Origin: the human T2T-CHM13v2.0 reference genome, Homo sapiens
Length of the DNA: 64,000 nucleotides
Reading direction: 5' to 3' (one strand)
Assembly: GCF_009914755.1 (NCBI RefSeq)
Contig: NC_060925.1
The notes below the pieces were generated by a model that searched no databases, was not told where the DNA came from, and saw nothing but the letters and a program-made list of their open reading frames with translations. This document shows, piece by piece, positions 30,201 to 45,613 of this stretch (positions are counted from its first letter, which is position 1; the number at the start of each line of letters is the position of its first letter). Position numbers and translations under genes: made by a program.

Positions 30201-33200
30201 TTATCTTTCTATTATGCCACATCCATACTTCCCTACTGAGGTCTTGAAGGCAAGAGACAGAAACCACTTCTGATTTCTGATTCTCTGTCTCTAGCCTGCC
30301 GTACAAGTAGGGCTTCTGCACATGTTGGATTGCTTGGTTGACTGGGTGTGTAGTGGATTTGTACTTGCTCATATCGGGACTCATTTTTCCTTCGTCTGAA
30401 TAATCTGGACCTCTATCTCCAGGCTTTACTTGTCACAAGACAGTGGGAGGATGGGATCATGAAGGATGGCCTGGGCCAGTCACTCCCTACATGATGGTGT
30501 AGCTCTTTTGGGTATCTCTGCCCTGTTTTGATGACCATCTTCAAAGTCAAGGACCTGGGTAAAATAGTGCTTCCAAGCTTCAGAGAAGAGCAAGGCCAGA
30601 GGGCACCCATGATGAGCACCACTGGAATTCCCTCCCTCCACAGCCCACTTGTTTTCTGCTGTCTTTGAGGGAGAAATAATGGCTGGGCAGGACTTACCTT
30701 CCCACTGAGGTGGGGAATGGGGTAGAATTAAGGATGCCTAACTAAATGCCTCCATAGTAAAAGGAGGCCACATGCTTTATGGTAGCCTGGATTCAATCCT
30801 CAGAGTGCAGTGAACTGGCCCAGGGCCCTGCCTTTACCACTGTATCCATCATTTGGCTGGCTTTGGTTTAGTTTCTGTAAAACGTCTTTCCCAGTAAAAT
30901 CTGATTAACTACTCATCAATACAGGTTTGGTTGGATCATAGATTTCAACATCTACTCAAGTTTTCTGGGTTCTCAAAGCTGTATTTCTAGGGGTGAAGAC
31001 TTTTGTAATGGTTGACTGTTAACAAGTGGCAAAGGACAAGTCCAGTTGGCTTGCATAAGCAATTTTTTATGGACAGAGAAACAGGAATTCAGACAGAAGT
31101 CCTACAGTAAGTTGAGATAGGTGTAGGTACCTTTCCATGGCAAAGGTCTTCATCTTACGGAAGAATCCAGCATTAGAGGGAAGAGTGATCTCTTAGGTCA
31201 TCTCATCCCATCCTCCTTGGGTCAATACATTGTCTTTGTATAGAGAACACCCAGGACCCAGTTGGTGCTGGGGAGCTGAGGCTGCCACAGCAGACTTAGT
31301 TGGAAATTAAGCTTTTGGCATAGGCTCACTCATCAACTTTGGATATTAATTGATGGGAGTAGAAGAAGAGGGAGTGATATTGGGTATTCTGCCTAGATTA
31401 TTCTCCCATATTCTCTTGGTGGGGGAGTATTATAGGATTTTTAACTTCCTCCTAGTTAGCTGCCAGCGATAGGTAAAGAGCACTTTACCCTATCTGTCTT
31501 CCAAGAAAGAGAATGTAAGCTCTTAGAAAGAATATAAGAGCTTGAGAGAAACAGGAAAGACCTGAATAAGACCCTGAATTGGCTGCGGTGCTCCTGGGTC
31601 TCTTCAGGTGGAGATGTGTCCCCTGGAGACACACAGGACATGGGCACGCGTCACTTAACTGTGGTTCTCACAGCGTCTGGGGCACCAGAGAGACACGTTT
31701 TTGTCTGGAACCTGAAGAACGCTGGCAGCCTACATAATTCTAAACATAGCAGGCACTCTTATTGATTCTTTCCAAAACAAAGGTCACATTTCCTTTCTGT
31801 GTAGTTTGTGTCCTGGGTTCCTGCTGACTGTTTTGTGTATACGATTGTTACCTTCTCAAAGAGACTGTCAGTTCTTGAGGGCAGGGTTCAAGGCTGCTGT
31901 TTGTTTGTGTTCTTCAGCAGTACCTAAATCTGTCCTGGGCTCAGAGGAAGTATTTAGTAAAGACATTCTACCTTGGGTTGTAGGTCACACAGTGCCAGAG
32001 CTGGAAAGGATTTTGGAAATCGTAGAGTCCAACACTCTAATTTTGTAAGTGGTACCACTCCAAAAACTTACTTGGGAGGCTGGTGTTTATCTGCTGGAAA
32101 GAGAGGATTTTATTATGTTAAACTATAGTGCAAATGACCATAATTCTAAACCTTTGACAGGCTTCCCTCAAACGCTGCAGGCATGTTCCTCCTTGGACTA
32201 GTAGCAGAGTAATAAGAACAGTAAGAATGCTAACTAGATACCAGGCCCCCGAGCCATTGTCATGAATGCTTCCAGCCACATGACAAAGTAGGTACTCTGG
32301 CTATTCTCCAGATGCAGAGGAGGCTCAGAGGTAGGTGACCTCGCTCAGGGTCATGTAGTTACCAGAATGGTCGAGGGAGGACTGAAGTTTGGTCAGATGC
32401 CCCAGCTTGTGGCCCTTCTCCTATACTGTGGTAACTCTCAGATGGGGTCTCTGACTGAAGCCACTCCTTAGTGATTCACGGTGCTAGCTTTGCAGCGTCG
32501 TGTGGTGTTTCCAGTTGTCCTAAAGGAAGTTATTAATTTTCATTAACTTTAATTCTCTCATTAGACAGGCAGTGATATGGAAGGCAAGGCAGAAAGCAAA
32601 CAAATAATGATAGGGGTTACATCTCCAGAAAGGTCAGGAATCACTGCCCTAGGTTGTAAAATATTTGGACTGAGTAAAAGGCATGAGTCTTCCCATAGCT
32701 TCTTCCAGGAACTGTTGCTTTACATGGAATTGCTGCTGTGTTCACTAGTCCCTCTTCTGTGCCCAGAACTCACTGTCACATGTGTCAAGAATCCTCATGA
32801 CTGAGGTTTCCAGGGCAGATCTGATCTGTGTAACACGCACCCTAACCCCCTTGCCAAAGGAGAATGAAATAGGCCCCTAGATGGCCACCCAGTTCCTGGG
32901 CCTTCCAGGCAGGCAGCTTGCCTTGAGGCTTTCCCCTGAGCCTTGTATCTAAGGAACATTCCTGTGAGTTTTCTAAGAGGTTAGTCCTGGGTCATTGGCA
33001 CTTAAACCACTTGTTTTGGTAGATCCTTCCTGAGAAGGTTAATTATATATTTGATATCCTTCTCTTTTTATGCCTGAATGATGAGGATAAGTACTCTGTG
33101 GTTTATTAACTGTCACTTTAAACCTTTTCAGATTGTCTTGTGACAAAACAGAGTTTTATGTCCTTTTTATCCCAGCTTTGATGGATGAGACAGCTTTTCT

Positions 33201-33781
33201 GGTTAAAGTATGCCAGGATAAATAAAATCTCTGAATTGTGGAAAGGGTGGGTTTGCATTTGAAATCATGAGTTCAAGTCTGCCACCTCCTATGAACGGTG
33301 ACCTAACCTGTTAATCTTTCCATCGATTTCGTTTTTGGCTTTTGACAAATGGAGCTTGGCACCTCATAGGTACTCAGTAATTATTGAATAAATGAAAGAC
33401 AGCATTACTGGAGGGAGTTTGATGTCTCCAAATATTTGATACCAAACCCTAAAGCAACAATCTGACACATTTCCTGTTTTGAATTCCACTAATTCTTAGA
33501 GCAAAGAGCCTATGTTCTTACCATGATACAGTCCTGAAGCTCACTTCTCCCTCAAGACTATTTTGTTATACCTCTGATTTTTTCAGTAAATTTGGAGTAG
33601 TATTCTGGAAAGTGAATGTCATTAAAGATTTTTAGTAGTTGCTTTGCAAAGCCTAGTGTCCTCCATTGTATGCATCCCCTAATTGGTATGTGTCCAGTCC
33701 TTTTGAGAACCACTCAACCTGGGGCAGACAGTATAGGTAACTGCATTTAAAATATTTAAATTTATTTATATTTAAATTATT

Positions 33782-34042
33782 GGCCAGGCACAGTGGCTCA
33801 CGCCTGTAATCCCAGCACTTTGGGAGGCCTAGGTGGGCAGATCACTTGAGGTCAGGAGTTCGAGACTAGCCTGACCAACATGGTGAAACCCCATCTCTGC
33901 TAAAAATACAAAAATTAGCCAGGTGTGGTGGTACACACCTGTAGTCTCAGCTACTCGGGAGCCTGAGGCAGGAGAATCACTTGAGCCTGGGAGGCGGAGG
34001 TTGTGATGAGATGAGATCACACCACTACAGACCAGCATGGGC
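33782..34042 (+). mobile_element. Alu (AluSx-like), 3' truncated with no poly(A)
   Basis: Body stops at ccagcatgggc; the terminal gacagagcgagactccgtctc(A)n is absent. Confidence 0.93.
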
Positions 34043-34142
34043 TTATCTAATTGTATTTAATTTAAATTTATTTAAAGTAATTCAAATAGTAAAAATAGTG
34101 CCAAGACTTTAAAACTCTTCTCCTGCTTTTAACTCCTTCTAG

Positions 34143-34275
34143 TTTGCTGGAACATTATCAGATGGCTTAGGGAAGACGATGGACAATCGGCATCAGTCAG
34201 AGCGGGAGTACATCAGGTACCATGCAGCCACAAGTGGTGAACACCTTGTAGCCGGCATCCATGGCCTGGCTCATG
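34143..34275 (+). CDS. VPS13D: VPS13D internal coding exon (C-terminal region), phase 0 to 1
   Basis: Polypyrimidine tract and AG at 34141-34142. Reads FAGTLSDGLGKTMDNRHQSEREYIRYHAATSGEHLVAGIHGLAH(G). Donor G|GTAAGT at 34276. 133 nt; splices in frame to the next exon. Peptide recognised as VPS13D. Confidence 0.92.
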
Positions 34276-34366
34276 GTAAGTCATGGGTGACATCAGGCTC
34301 TGCTGCTGCTGGTCCTCAGAGGCGCCTTTGTATCAATCTGATTGCAGCTATAAAAAAAGAAAGGTG

Positions 34367-35009
<643 letters not shown>

Positions 35010-35289
35010 TTAGAATTGTAGCTGCTACTTCTCTTAGAATTGTAACCTCTGCCTTCTCCTTACTGATCATTCCTTCCAAAGAAATTGAAATGAGGAATTT
35101 GTGGCCAGGTTTGTAGCCCAGGTGTTTTTTAGTTTTACATAAATGTGCATTCACTAAAATTATAAATTTATTTGCCTAAGAGATGTTGGTGATGGCATGA
35201 ATGCATTTGGTCTCTGACTTTGAATTCTTTTAATGCTTTAATTCTGAGTCATTTGCCTTTTGTTGCATTTTTCTTAACAATTTCTTAGT

Positions 35290-35700
35290 ACGGCATCCAA
35301 GGCCCTTGGAACTATAAATCCAGCCAATTTTCCAACCACCATCCTTCAGCCATGCTGCACTTTGGCCACACACAGCTATGTACTGCTTCCCAGGTGTGCT
35401 TCCAAGTCCTTGCTCACACATGGTCCTTCTGCTCTCCCTCCTCTGCCTCATTTCCTTGTCTATCAAAATCCTACTCAGCCTGTAAGTCCCAACTCAATAC
35501 ATTTTCCCAGCTCTATTGTCCCTGTTAGAGTTAATGACAGAGCACAGTCTGGGTTGTGTATGTCACCAGCTGTGTACATCTGATAGATTGAGAATGTGAG
35601 GAGGGGAGAAGGACCACTTTGCATTCACCTTTCTCCTTGTGTACCTCACATGACACCTGGCACATAGCTCATGCATAGTAAGGCTTAGTAAATTAAACTC
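35290..35700 (+). mobile_element. L2 fragment
   Basis: catccaaggccctt...; ends cacctggcacatagc...gcttagtaaatt. Confidence 0.5.
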
Positions 35701-36564
35701 TTTGTACCAGATCCTTAGGAACCATCCAAAGCTATCAGAGTCATATCAAGACTGATCAGTATTAATTATCTGCATTTGGAAGAAGAGGAAGGAATATAGA
35801 CAGTAAAATATTATATTTCTATTTGTGCTTAGGACACGTTTAGAATAGAGTTTTTGTTTATCAGCTTTCCTAATGGTGAGATTTGGATCAAAATGCCTTT
35901 GCTTTTCCTAAGGCTGCCCAACCGTAAAGGGAGCTGTCCCTAAGGAGACGTCAGGCCAGAAGTGAAATTTGGCTGAAAGTAATTTGTTTATGGATTTTAA
36001 AAGTTGACTGTTGGGCAATCATTTGGGGTTAAGGTTTAATCATTCTTTCTCGTAATGGTAATGACAGTACATTGGACTCTTAGAAGACTTTTAAAATGAA
36101 TATAAAATGCTTTGTTATGTGTGGTGGCCTTTATCTGGCCAGCATCCTTGTGACGTGGAGAGAGCATGGCTCTCCTCACTTTCTGGATGAACACACAAAT
36201 GTGCTGAGAAAATGCATGATTGGTTCAAAGTTGCAAAATCACCTCCCATCAAGAATCATTCCTATAATATGTACAGCCTCTCCAGGAGCCAATGGCTTCA
36301 TCCAAAGAGGATCCACTGAGCTCTGGGTTATACGAAGGCAGTATCCTAGAGTGAGAGTCTTCCCTTAGGATGAAAAGACCTTTAGAAGGTGATAAGAACC
36401 AGAATCCACTCAATCCCCTTGATGTAAGAAATGGGAATTGTGCTCAGTTCTCTCTGCAGGCCTTGCTGGACCCAGGTTCAGTCATGTTCTGTCTCTCAGG
36501 TCCCAGTCTGAATTCCTGTTCTGTGTGTGCTCTGCCAAAAACTTTGTTCAAAAGTTTGGGAAAG

Positions 36565-36720
36565 GGCTGGGTGCAGTGGCTCAGGACAGTAAGCCCAGCA
36601 CTTTGGAAGACCTAGAGGGAGAATCGCTTGAGCCCAGGAGTTTAAGGCTGCAGCAAGCGGTAATCATGCCACTGCACTCCTGCCTGGGTGATAGACGGAC
36701 ACCCTGTTTCTAAAAAAAAA
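36565..36720 (+). mobile_element. Monomeric Alu (FRAM/FAM-like)
   Basis: Single 7SL-derived arm with poly(A); perfect 15-bp TSD aaaagtttgggaaag. Confidence 0.9.
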
Positions 36721-37255
36721 AAAAGTTTGGGAAAGAGATATTGCCTCACTGGAGCAAATTTACCCAGAATCCAAAAGAAATGTTGTGAATTGTTAGTACA
36801 TTCTCACCCAAGGAGTTTCCTTTACCAATTTGTCTCACTAGAGCTGAAGAGTCTAGAGAGCTTCCTCACACCCCACTGTCAGAGGGTAAACATCCTGTGA
36901 GTGTCCCTGGCACAGGTCCTGGAGATGCTCCCTAGACGGGCTGCCTCTTCCCTTCAGTGACTGTGACCTCTTCAGCCTCTGCCAGCTTCTGGCCTCTTCT
37001 AAGGTGTTTTCAGCCATTGCTGTCAACTTGCAAAATGTTTGGAATGCCTTTTTGACCTGGATTGGTCTTTTGAACTGACTCCATTGAGGGTCCCAGCCAG
37101 CTTTCACAGCTTTTTGGGGTGCTCTTCATGAAGGTTTTATATAATCGCCGATACCGAATTTCATCAAAGCATGCAGTAGCTTTTACCTTATTTCAAGCAT
37201 CCAGTGGGGTTGGCCAGTCACCCCCATAGTGTTCTTTGAAAATTGCAAATGTATA

Positions 37256-37920
<665 letters not shown>

Positions 37921-38344
37921 TCTGCCTTATATTTCATAGGATGCCATCATCTTCAAACTTTCCCCGAAGGCCCAATTTTCTAGTCTCCTGTTGATTTAAT
38001 CCTCTATCTGTATCCTCTCCTGATCGTCCGTAGGCTGCCCAAGCTCTGGGATCGAAAAATTGGCCACTGTTAACCTCTCAGCTTTTCTCTGATTTTTTTT
38101 TTTTTTTTTTTTTGAACTGGAGCACACTTTACTTCTGACTAACATGTAACATATATCCTCTGACTCTGGACTTAATGGGCAAATCTGCAGGATCCTCTTC
38201 TGTGAGTTGGCCTGTCTGTGGCCTCTCTGGCACAGAGATTAATAGAATGGCCTTAAGTTATCATTCCATAATCAAGGGGTTTGGCTTTAAATGCTTTTGC
38301 TTTTGTCCTCGTCAGGTTACAACAGCCCTTGTCTTTTTCACTAG

Positions 38345-38540
38345 GTATCATTGGTGGACTGACCAGTGTTATAACTTCGACAGTGGAAGGTGTGAAAACA
38401 GAAGGGGGTGTCAGCGGTTTCATATCTGGCCTTGGAAAAGGGCTTGTTGGCACTGTAACCAAGCCAGTGGCAGGCGCCCTGGATTTTGCATCAGAAACAG
38501 CCCAGGCGGTGAGAGACACAGCCACACTCAGCGGCCCCAG
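38345..38540 (+). CDS. VPS13D: VPS13D internal coding exon (Gly-rich ATG2_C/VPS13 C-terminal segment), phase 1 to 2
   Basis: Acceptor ...tttttcacTAG at 38342-38344. Reads (G)IIGGLTSVITSTVEGVKTEGGVSGFISGLGKGLVGTVTKPVAGALDFASETAQAVRDTATLSGP(R). Donor AG|GTCAGT at 38541. The GxGKGLVGxVTKPxxGxLD motif is typical of VPS13/ATG2 C-termini. Confidence 0.95.
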
Positions 38541-38737
38541 GTCAGTGGTGTGGGAAGAATGGCTTTTGCAGTTTCCAGCCTAGGTCTGCTGCTTCTCCTA
38601 ATCCATACTGATGTGTTTAATTGTGCACTTTCTTAGTTATAGGGTTTTTAATTCAAATACTTGTAACTGAAATTTCTGATCTGCCTAATATAAAAAGATG
38701 AAAATGAGGTACAGAAACCTGGCATGAATTTTTTCAG

Positions 38738-38832
38738 ATAAATATATATATAGCATATTTTATATATGCTATATATTTTATATATGTATGTATATATAGC
38801 ATATTATATATAAGTATGTATAACTATATTAT
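38738..38832. repeat. (TA)n-rich low-complexity tract
   Basis: atatatatatagcatattttatatatgctatatatttt... Confidence 0.85.
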
Positions 38833-40169
38833 GTTATTTTTCTCCATTAGAGAGGTCAGAATTAGGATTAAACTGTTAGAAGCTTCTTCTGTTCACCAAG
38901 CCAACTGGATCCCCACATGCCTATGAAGAAAACTGTCAGATTGTAGTCTGGTTCTTACTCCTACACCCCGTGATATAGTTCTAGAATCCCCACTGTTGTT
39001 GTTCACCATGTGGGTCTGTTCCTTCTTAATTTTCCTTCCGCTTGAAAGTATCAGCCCCAACCCCATAAAGAAAAGTGCCACCCCCCATCCCCCCAGCAGG
39101 TCAGCAGTTCTGCTGTGGGATTGCTGTCTGGCCTTGATACCAGCTGAGACTGGAAATCAGGGACAGCCCATATGGTTCCAAACCCCACAGAACCCAACTG
39201 CTTTAACGTAGCTGTTTGCTTGAATGGCCTATTTTAGCCTCCCTTTTCCAGAGTGACTAATTGGGGATTCTTATCAACAAAGGGTATAATGAATGTTAAG
39301 GGCCCAGCCAAGCTAGACTCGACTTAAGCCCAGAAGGATTTTGCTGCTGCTTGGATAATAGATTTTCCCTGAGTGAATTAGTACGCCCTTTTAGAATGCC
39401 TAGGGCCTGGCCCACATCCACACCCTATCACTCCCTCAAATAGGATGTGAAGTGAAATTGTCCCCAATTGAAGTGAATCCATTTGTCTGTCACCAGGAAA
39501 ACTTACTGAAGACACATTACTGCAGTAGGGGAAATGCTCCGATTGTGGACTGGGGCCATGCAGTGTGCTGTGCCAGAATGCCTTCCATCTGGAAGCAGCT
39601 GAGTAAACTCTGTATGGTTTACTTTAGTTAAGTTACATTCTATTCTCAGATACAAAACTAAAACAATCCTTGAGTATATTTTGAAGCATTTATGAAGTTG
39701 TGGGGAGGGGCAGGCAGTGAGGAGGCTTCGAAAGTATTTCCAGTTAGTTTTTCCATCTCTGCTCGAAGCCCAAGAAGTCCACCTCCAGTATTTGTTAAGA
39801 TAATAAGACTTAATGAAGTGTAAAGCTGAAGACGCCTAAGAGTTCCCAAAGAAGCATGTGTATTCTTAAAATGTCAAAATAGCCAAGGGATTGGTTGATT
39901 AAAAAGGGTTCAAGGTATATGTGATAAATTTTTTAAAGATGATTTTGTGCTGTGAAGTTTTAATAATGTTGACGAGAAAGAAACGGCTTGAATTTTATAC
40001 ATTGTCAGCTTGCAAGTCTTCATGGGGGTTTTTCATTCTTTTTAGGAGCACAAGTAATGTAGCCACAGTCACTGCAGAAAGAATGTCTTTGAGAGGGACA
40101 TTCTTGTCATTTTTATTAGTTGTTCAACATTGCCACAGAAGTTTGATTTTCTGTCAGCCAGTACATAGC

Positions 40170-40560
40170 TGCCATTTATTCATTGCCTGTCAGTAAATAG
40201 TGATTGAAAATTTCCTATGAACTCAGGGTTGGGAATAGCAGAAACCAAAACTGTCTCTGGTCTCAAAGAGCTTATAATCAAGCAGGGCAGCAAACATAAA
40301 AAATTATATAAACACTTATTTGCTGAAATTGTGACAAATGACATCGAGGACACTTAGAGGGTGCCGTGAGACTATGATCAGAGAAGGTGATGGGGAGAAG
40401 GAGGGTGGCTAACCTAGTGATCAGGGGAGTTGAGACAGGCTTTTCTAGGAAAGTAATCTTTGAGGTGAAGCCTGGAGTATGAAGTAGGAGTTGGCCAGGT
40501 GAAGAGAAGAGAGAATCACCTTCCAGGTAAAAGGGAACTACTGTGTGTGCAACAGCAAAA
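40170..40560 (-). mobile_element. L2 fragment
   Basis: atttattcatt...ctctggtctcaaagagcttataatc...atcagggga...ggcttttctaggaaagtaatctttgag. Confidence 0.6.
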
Positions 40561-40569
40561 GGAAGGAAC

Positions 40570-40770
40570 TTATCTATGTGCCAGGCATTGTCTTTGTGCC
40601 TCCACGTGTGGAATCCCATTTAATCTTCATAGTTGATTTACAAATGAGGACAAGACAGTCCAGAGAAGTCATGGAGCTTGTCCACAGCCACACAGCTGGT
40701 GGGAAATGGTAGACCTAGACTTAGACCCAGCCTATGTCTTGACCCTGTGCCCAGCACCACTGCATTGCAC
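40570..40770 (-). mobile_element. MIR
   Basis: tatgtgccaggcattg...tttaatcttca...acaaatgaggaca...ccacacagctggt. Confidence 0.65.
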
Positions 40771-41182
40771 CCTGCTGCCTGGGTCTGCGAGGAGGGGGCT
40801 CATTGGATTTCTCTTGTACGTGTTTCAGAGTCAGTTAGTGTCAAGATATGGCATTCCACATAGTTTCTTCCCTGCTGACTCAAGATTTACTTTACTATTA
40901 CCTGCACACTGACATGATTCAGGTCTTGACCAACACTGCATTTTTGTCTGTCTGTTTCCTCTGGCCTGCCACCTTAGCCTTATCTGGACCTCAGCAGCAG
41001 AGACCATGCCCTCATGAAGGCACTGGGGAGCCGTTCACAGTCAGCACTGGCCACTCCTCATCTCAGCCCAATGAAGTTTTACATTTCCATGTAGATGAGG
41101 CACTCGGGATATAGAAAAGTTGTGCAGCTTGACTCAAAGCAGACAGTAATTGGGTAGCCTAATTGAAGTTTAACTGCAAGTT

Positions 41183-41232
41183 CCAACTTTGTAGGCTGCA
41201 GAAAAAAAGGAAAAAAAAAAACAACAACAACA
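41183..41232 (+). mobile_element. Micro retro-insertion (about 18 bp body plus A-rich tail) with 17-bp TSD
   Basis: aagtttaactgcaagtt at 41166-41182 and 41233-41249 flanks ccaactttgtaggctgcag followed by A-rich/(CAA)n. Confidence 0.75.
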
Positions 41233-41592
41233 AAGTTTAACTGCAAGTTTCATGAGACAGCGATCTGCCTAACCATTCACTCCTCCTAGAAGCAAAAGCT
41301 ACCGTGATCATTGAGGCACAGCCGGTCTTCATATATCCTCAAAGGAGGGGGATTAGCTTCCACATCCCTTCTCTATTCCTGGAGGTGCCAGTAGTGGGAG
41401 AGTCATGGCAGAAGTTACCAGAGGCAAGTGGGGCAGAGGCAAGTAGGGTATATGTTTGGATCAGTGGATCAGTGTCCTTTATTGTGCAGAAAAAGCTAAA
41501 ATTACAGATTCTTCTGAAGGGATACATAGCAGCCGTTTCACCAATGTCCCTCAGTCCATTTGTCCAGGTCCAGAAGTATTCATGAGGAGCTA

Positions 41593-42140
<548 letters not shown>

Positions 42141-43998
42141 TTAAAGTCCTATTAAAGGAGCGCAGAGATCCTTGCAGGTGGAGAAATGTTTCAGTGCCAG
42201 TTTGTTCTGATGACACTGTATCTCTTAGGAACATACTGGCTCTAACACTATCACCGAGGGATAAATCACCCTGGTTTCTTGGAAGTGAGTTATAACCATC
42301 TCCAACCATCCCGGTTGATTGAACAGGATCCAGGGGTGTTACTCAGGGTTTTTCCCCACTGTTTAGACAACAGGGACTAACAAATGATTTGAAGGGATTA
42401 GAAGTGAGATTCTGACCGAGGGTTGACCTGAGCCCAGGGACCAAGCCAGGAATAGAACCCAAGAGTCCAAGAGTTCTGCCTCTGAGCCTGCAATTGGAAT
42501 GAGACTTTCTGCTTCCTTTGTAATATTTCATCCAAGTAAAGGCTTAGATCTTAGCATCTATGTTTTAAAAGACCCAAATTTTAAGCAGATGATAGGAAAG
42601 TAAGCCATAAAACTGTGAAAGAGTACTCCTTCCAGTAATCCATCTGAAAAGTGGCCTTACAGGAAACATTGGCTCTTTTTTGTGTTTATTTGAACATGAT
42701 TTTATTTATAGGGAACCCCCCCTCCTTATGTTCTTTTAGATTAAAATACTTCCAAGTTCCTCTCCTTGTTGGAGTGCGCTGGCATTCCAAGCGACAGCCA
42801 CCTAACTTTCCTCTGAAATTTCCAGGCAACCCAATAGTTCTCAGGAAGGCAGGTGGGGGTGGGGAGAGAAGAGGGCGGAGGACTGCAGAGCCTTTGGCCT
42901 CAACATGAGTGTTGTGGACCAATATCCCCCACTGCATTTGTTCACTGTACAAGTATGTGTGGTTTGGAACTGAAATAAGAAACCTTTTCCAAGGCAACGT
43001 TCTGCTGGCTCAGGTTGCATCTTCTGGCCTACGTGTATTGGGCCACACTTTGTCTGTTCCCAAGTAAAGTTTATGAAAATGGCACAGATGCAGCCACACT
43101 TGAGGTGCCACTGAAGCTATGTGAAGAGCCTGCTACCCTTCAAACAGACCAGGCCCAAGCAAGGTGCCAAGCCATGTGAGAGTGCCCAGTCCACTGTGTA
43201 AATGTGACGGCCTTTGATGGTAGTGTTTGAAAAGATACTTAGTAGAAAGTTGCAGAGACCCGGGAGCAGCCATTTCACAAAAGAAGGCAAAAATACCTTT
43301 GAGAAGAAAGGAATGTCTGCCTCTGCACTATGTATTTGCTTGTTTGTTTCTCCAAATACCATCTGTTGCAGACTGGGGTGCATGACATTTTAGGTAAGTA
43401 GCAGATGAAGATTTATGAAGCTGGGCCCTGAGGTTTCCTCTAAAATATTTCTTCACCTTTTAAGTCAAGACCCAAAAGTGGGGAGAGAAGTAGGAGTTGG
43501 CAGAACTTGAAATATTTAAACTAATTTAGCAAAGCTCAGGAGTGTTGGAGCTTATCTCGTTATTTAAGTTAGATAAGGAGGAAGGGGAATTTGAAGGATA
43601 ATGATAGATCAGTGTTTAAGAATACAGCCATCAGGACTGATAATGTTCTGGAATCCCGGGACCCTCGGATTGTGCACGTAGATGTAAATTCCATTTGCTC
43701 TGAGAACTTTTGAAAAAGAAAGTTTTTGGTTGATTTCACAGAAAAGATTTATGGTGGGCATATTTGACTTTTTCAGTAAAAATAGCCCCAAAACACCACC
43801 CAAAATCTGTTAAGACACTTCTCGTGAATGACCTCTTAGATGTGAAATGGAAATGGGTTTTCTTAAGGAAAGGCCCCTTTTGTTAACAATGTTTGCATGT
43901 TACTTATGACTCTCCAGGATAAAAGGACTAAGACTCTTTTGGGTCACCAGAGCCTGAATGCAGTCAGGTTGGACAGGTCAGCAAAAAGTCTGCAAAGA

Positions 43999-44359
<361 letters not shown>

Positions 44360-45289
44360 TTAATTACTCTGCTCTGAGAGCAGCCATTTCTTATACTTGG
44401 TATTACACATAGGACATCAAACAGAATTGGCTTGAATTGAGCCTTTAGGGAACTTCCAAAGGTAAAGATTGAGTAAAGATTCAAATGTTTATTAGGATAT
44501 ACCAGTGTTCATTTTTTTCCCACTAATATTCCATTCAAGGCAGGAGACTAGGCTGATATCCCATGTATCTAGAGTGGATCAAGTCCAATATTTCTTTCAG
44601 AGTTCCTGTTCCTTAAAACTGTAAATGGGTTTTATATTTTATTCCATGTTTGGCTTAATAAGAAAATATTTTTAATTGCTACCTGGTAAAATTAACATTT
44701 CAGAAAGATCTGATATGTTATCCTGTGGCTCCTGCCTCATACTTATCTAGGAAGTTCCAGCACGCTCCTTCCAGATGAGTCCGGTACGCTGTAGTAGCAT
44801 CCATATAGAGGCATGTATATGGTAGAGGTGAAAAGCTGGAACTTGTACCTGTTTGACCCTAAGGCTCTGGTTCTAATCTTTGGGCATATCTGTCTTTTGG
44901 CTTGGTGTAACATCTGCTGCTTGGGACAGCCATTGTGTTAGTTAACATGTCAGTTTCATCACGAAAAAGGCATTACATTTCAGTGAAACTGAAAAATTAT
45001 TGCTATATCCAGCTGAAGGGAAGGGACTGTCAAATATCTCCTCTGTTGTCCAAACATGGCACAGTAGATATAGTGACAGTCCCTTTATCTTCTACTCACC
45101 CTTGCGTATATATTTGTGAGGTGAGAGCCATATATTCTCACTTCCTGATCTTGCCAAACCAGGTCCTTCCAGAGAATGCTTGAAGGTAGATGGGTCATTT
45201 TCTCATTCCTCCCTCTACGTGAGCAACCCCAGAAGAACACTAAGACCTGTGTTGATGACATTGGATGTCTCACTTGGCTCTGAAATTAA

Positions 45290-45613
<324 letters not shown>

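Noticed and set aside
38175-38636. Overlapping ORFs (153 aa plus strand, 90 aa minus strand) around the second exon
   Set aside because: Alternative-frame and antisense shadows of the real exon.
42413-42429. DR5-like AGGTCA accct CGGTCA (minus strand) as an individual element
   Set aside because: One mismatch, and it appears to lie in a MIR-like relic; weak on its own.
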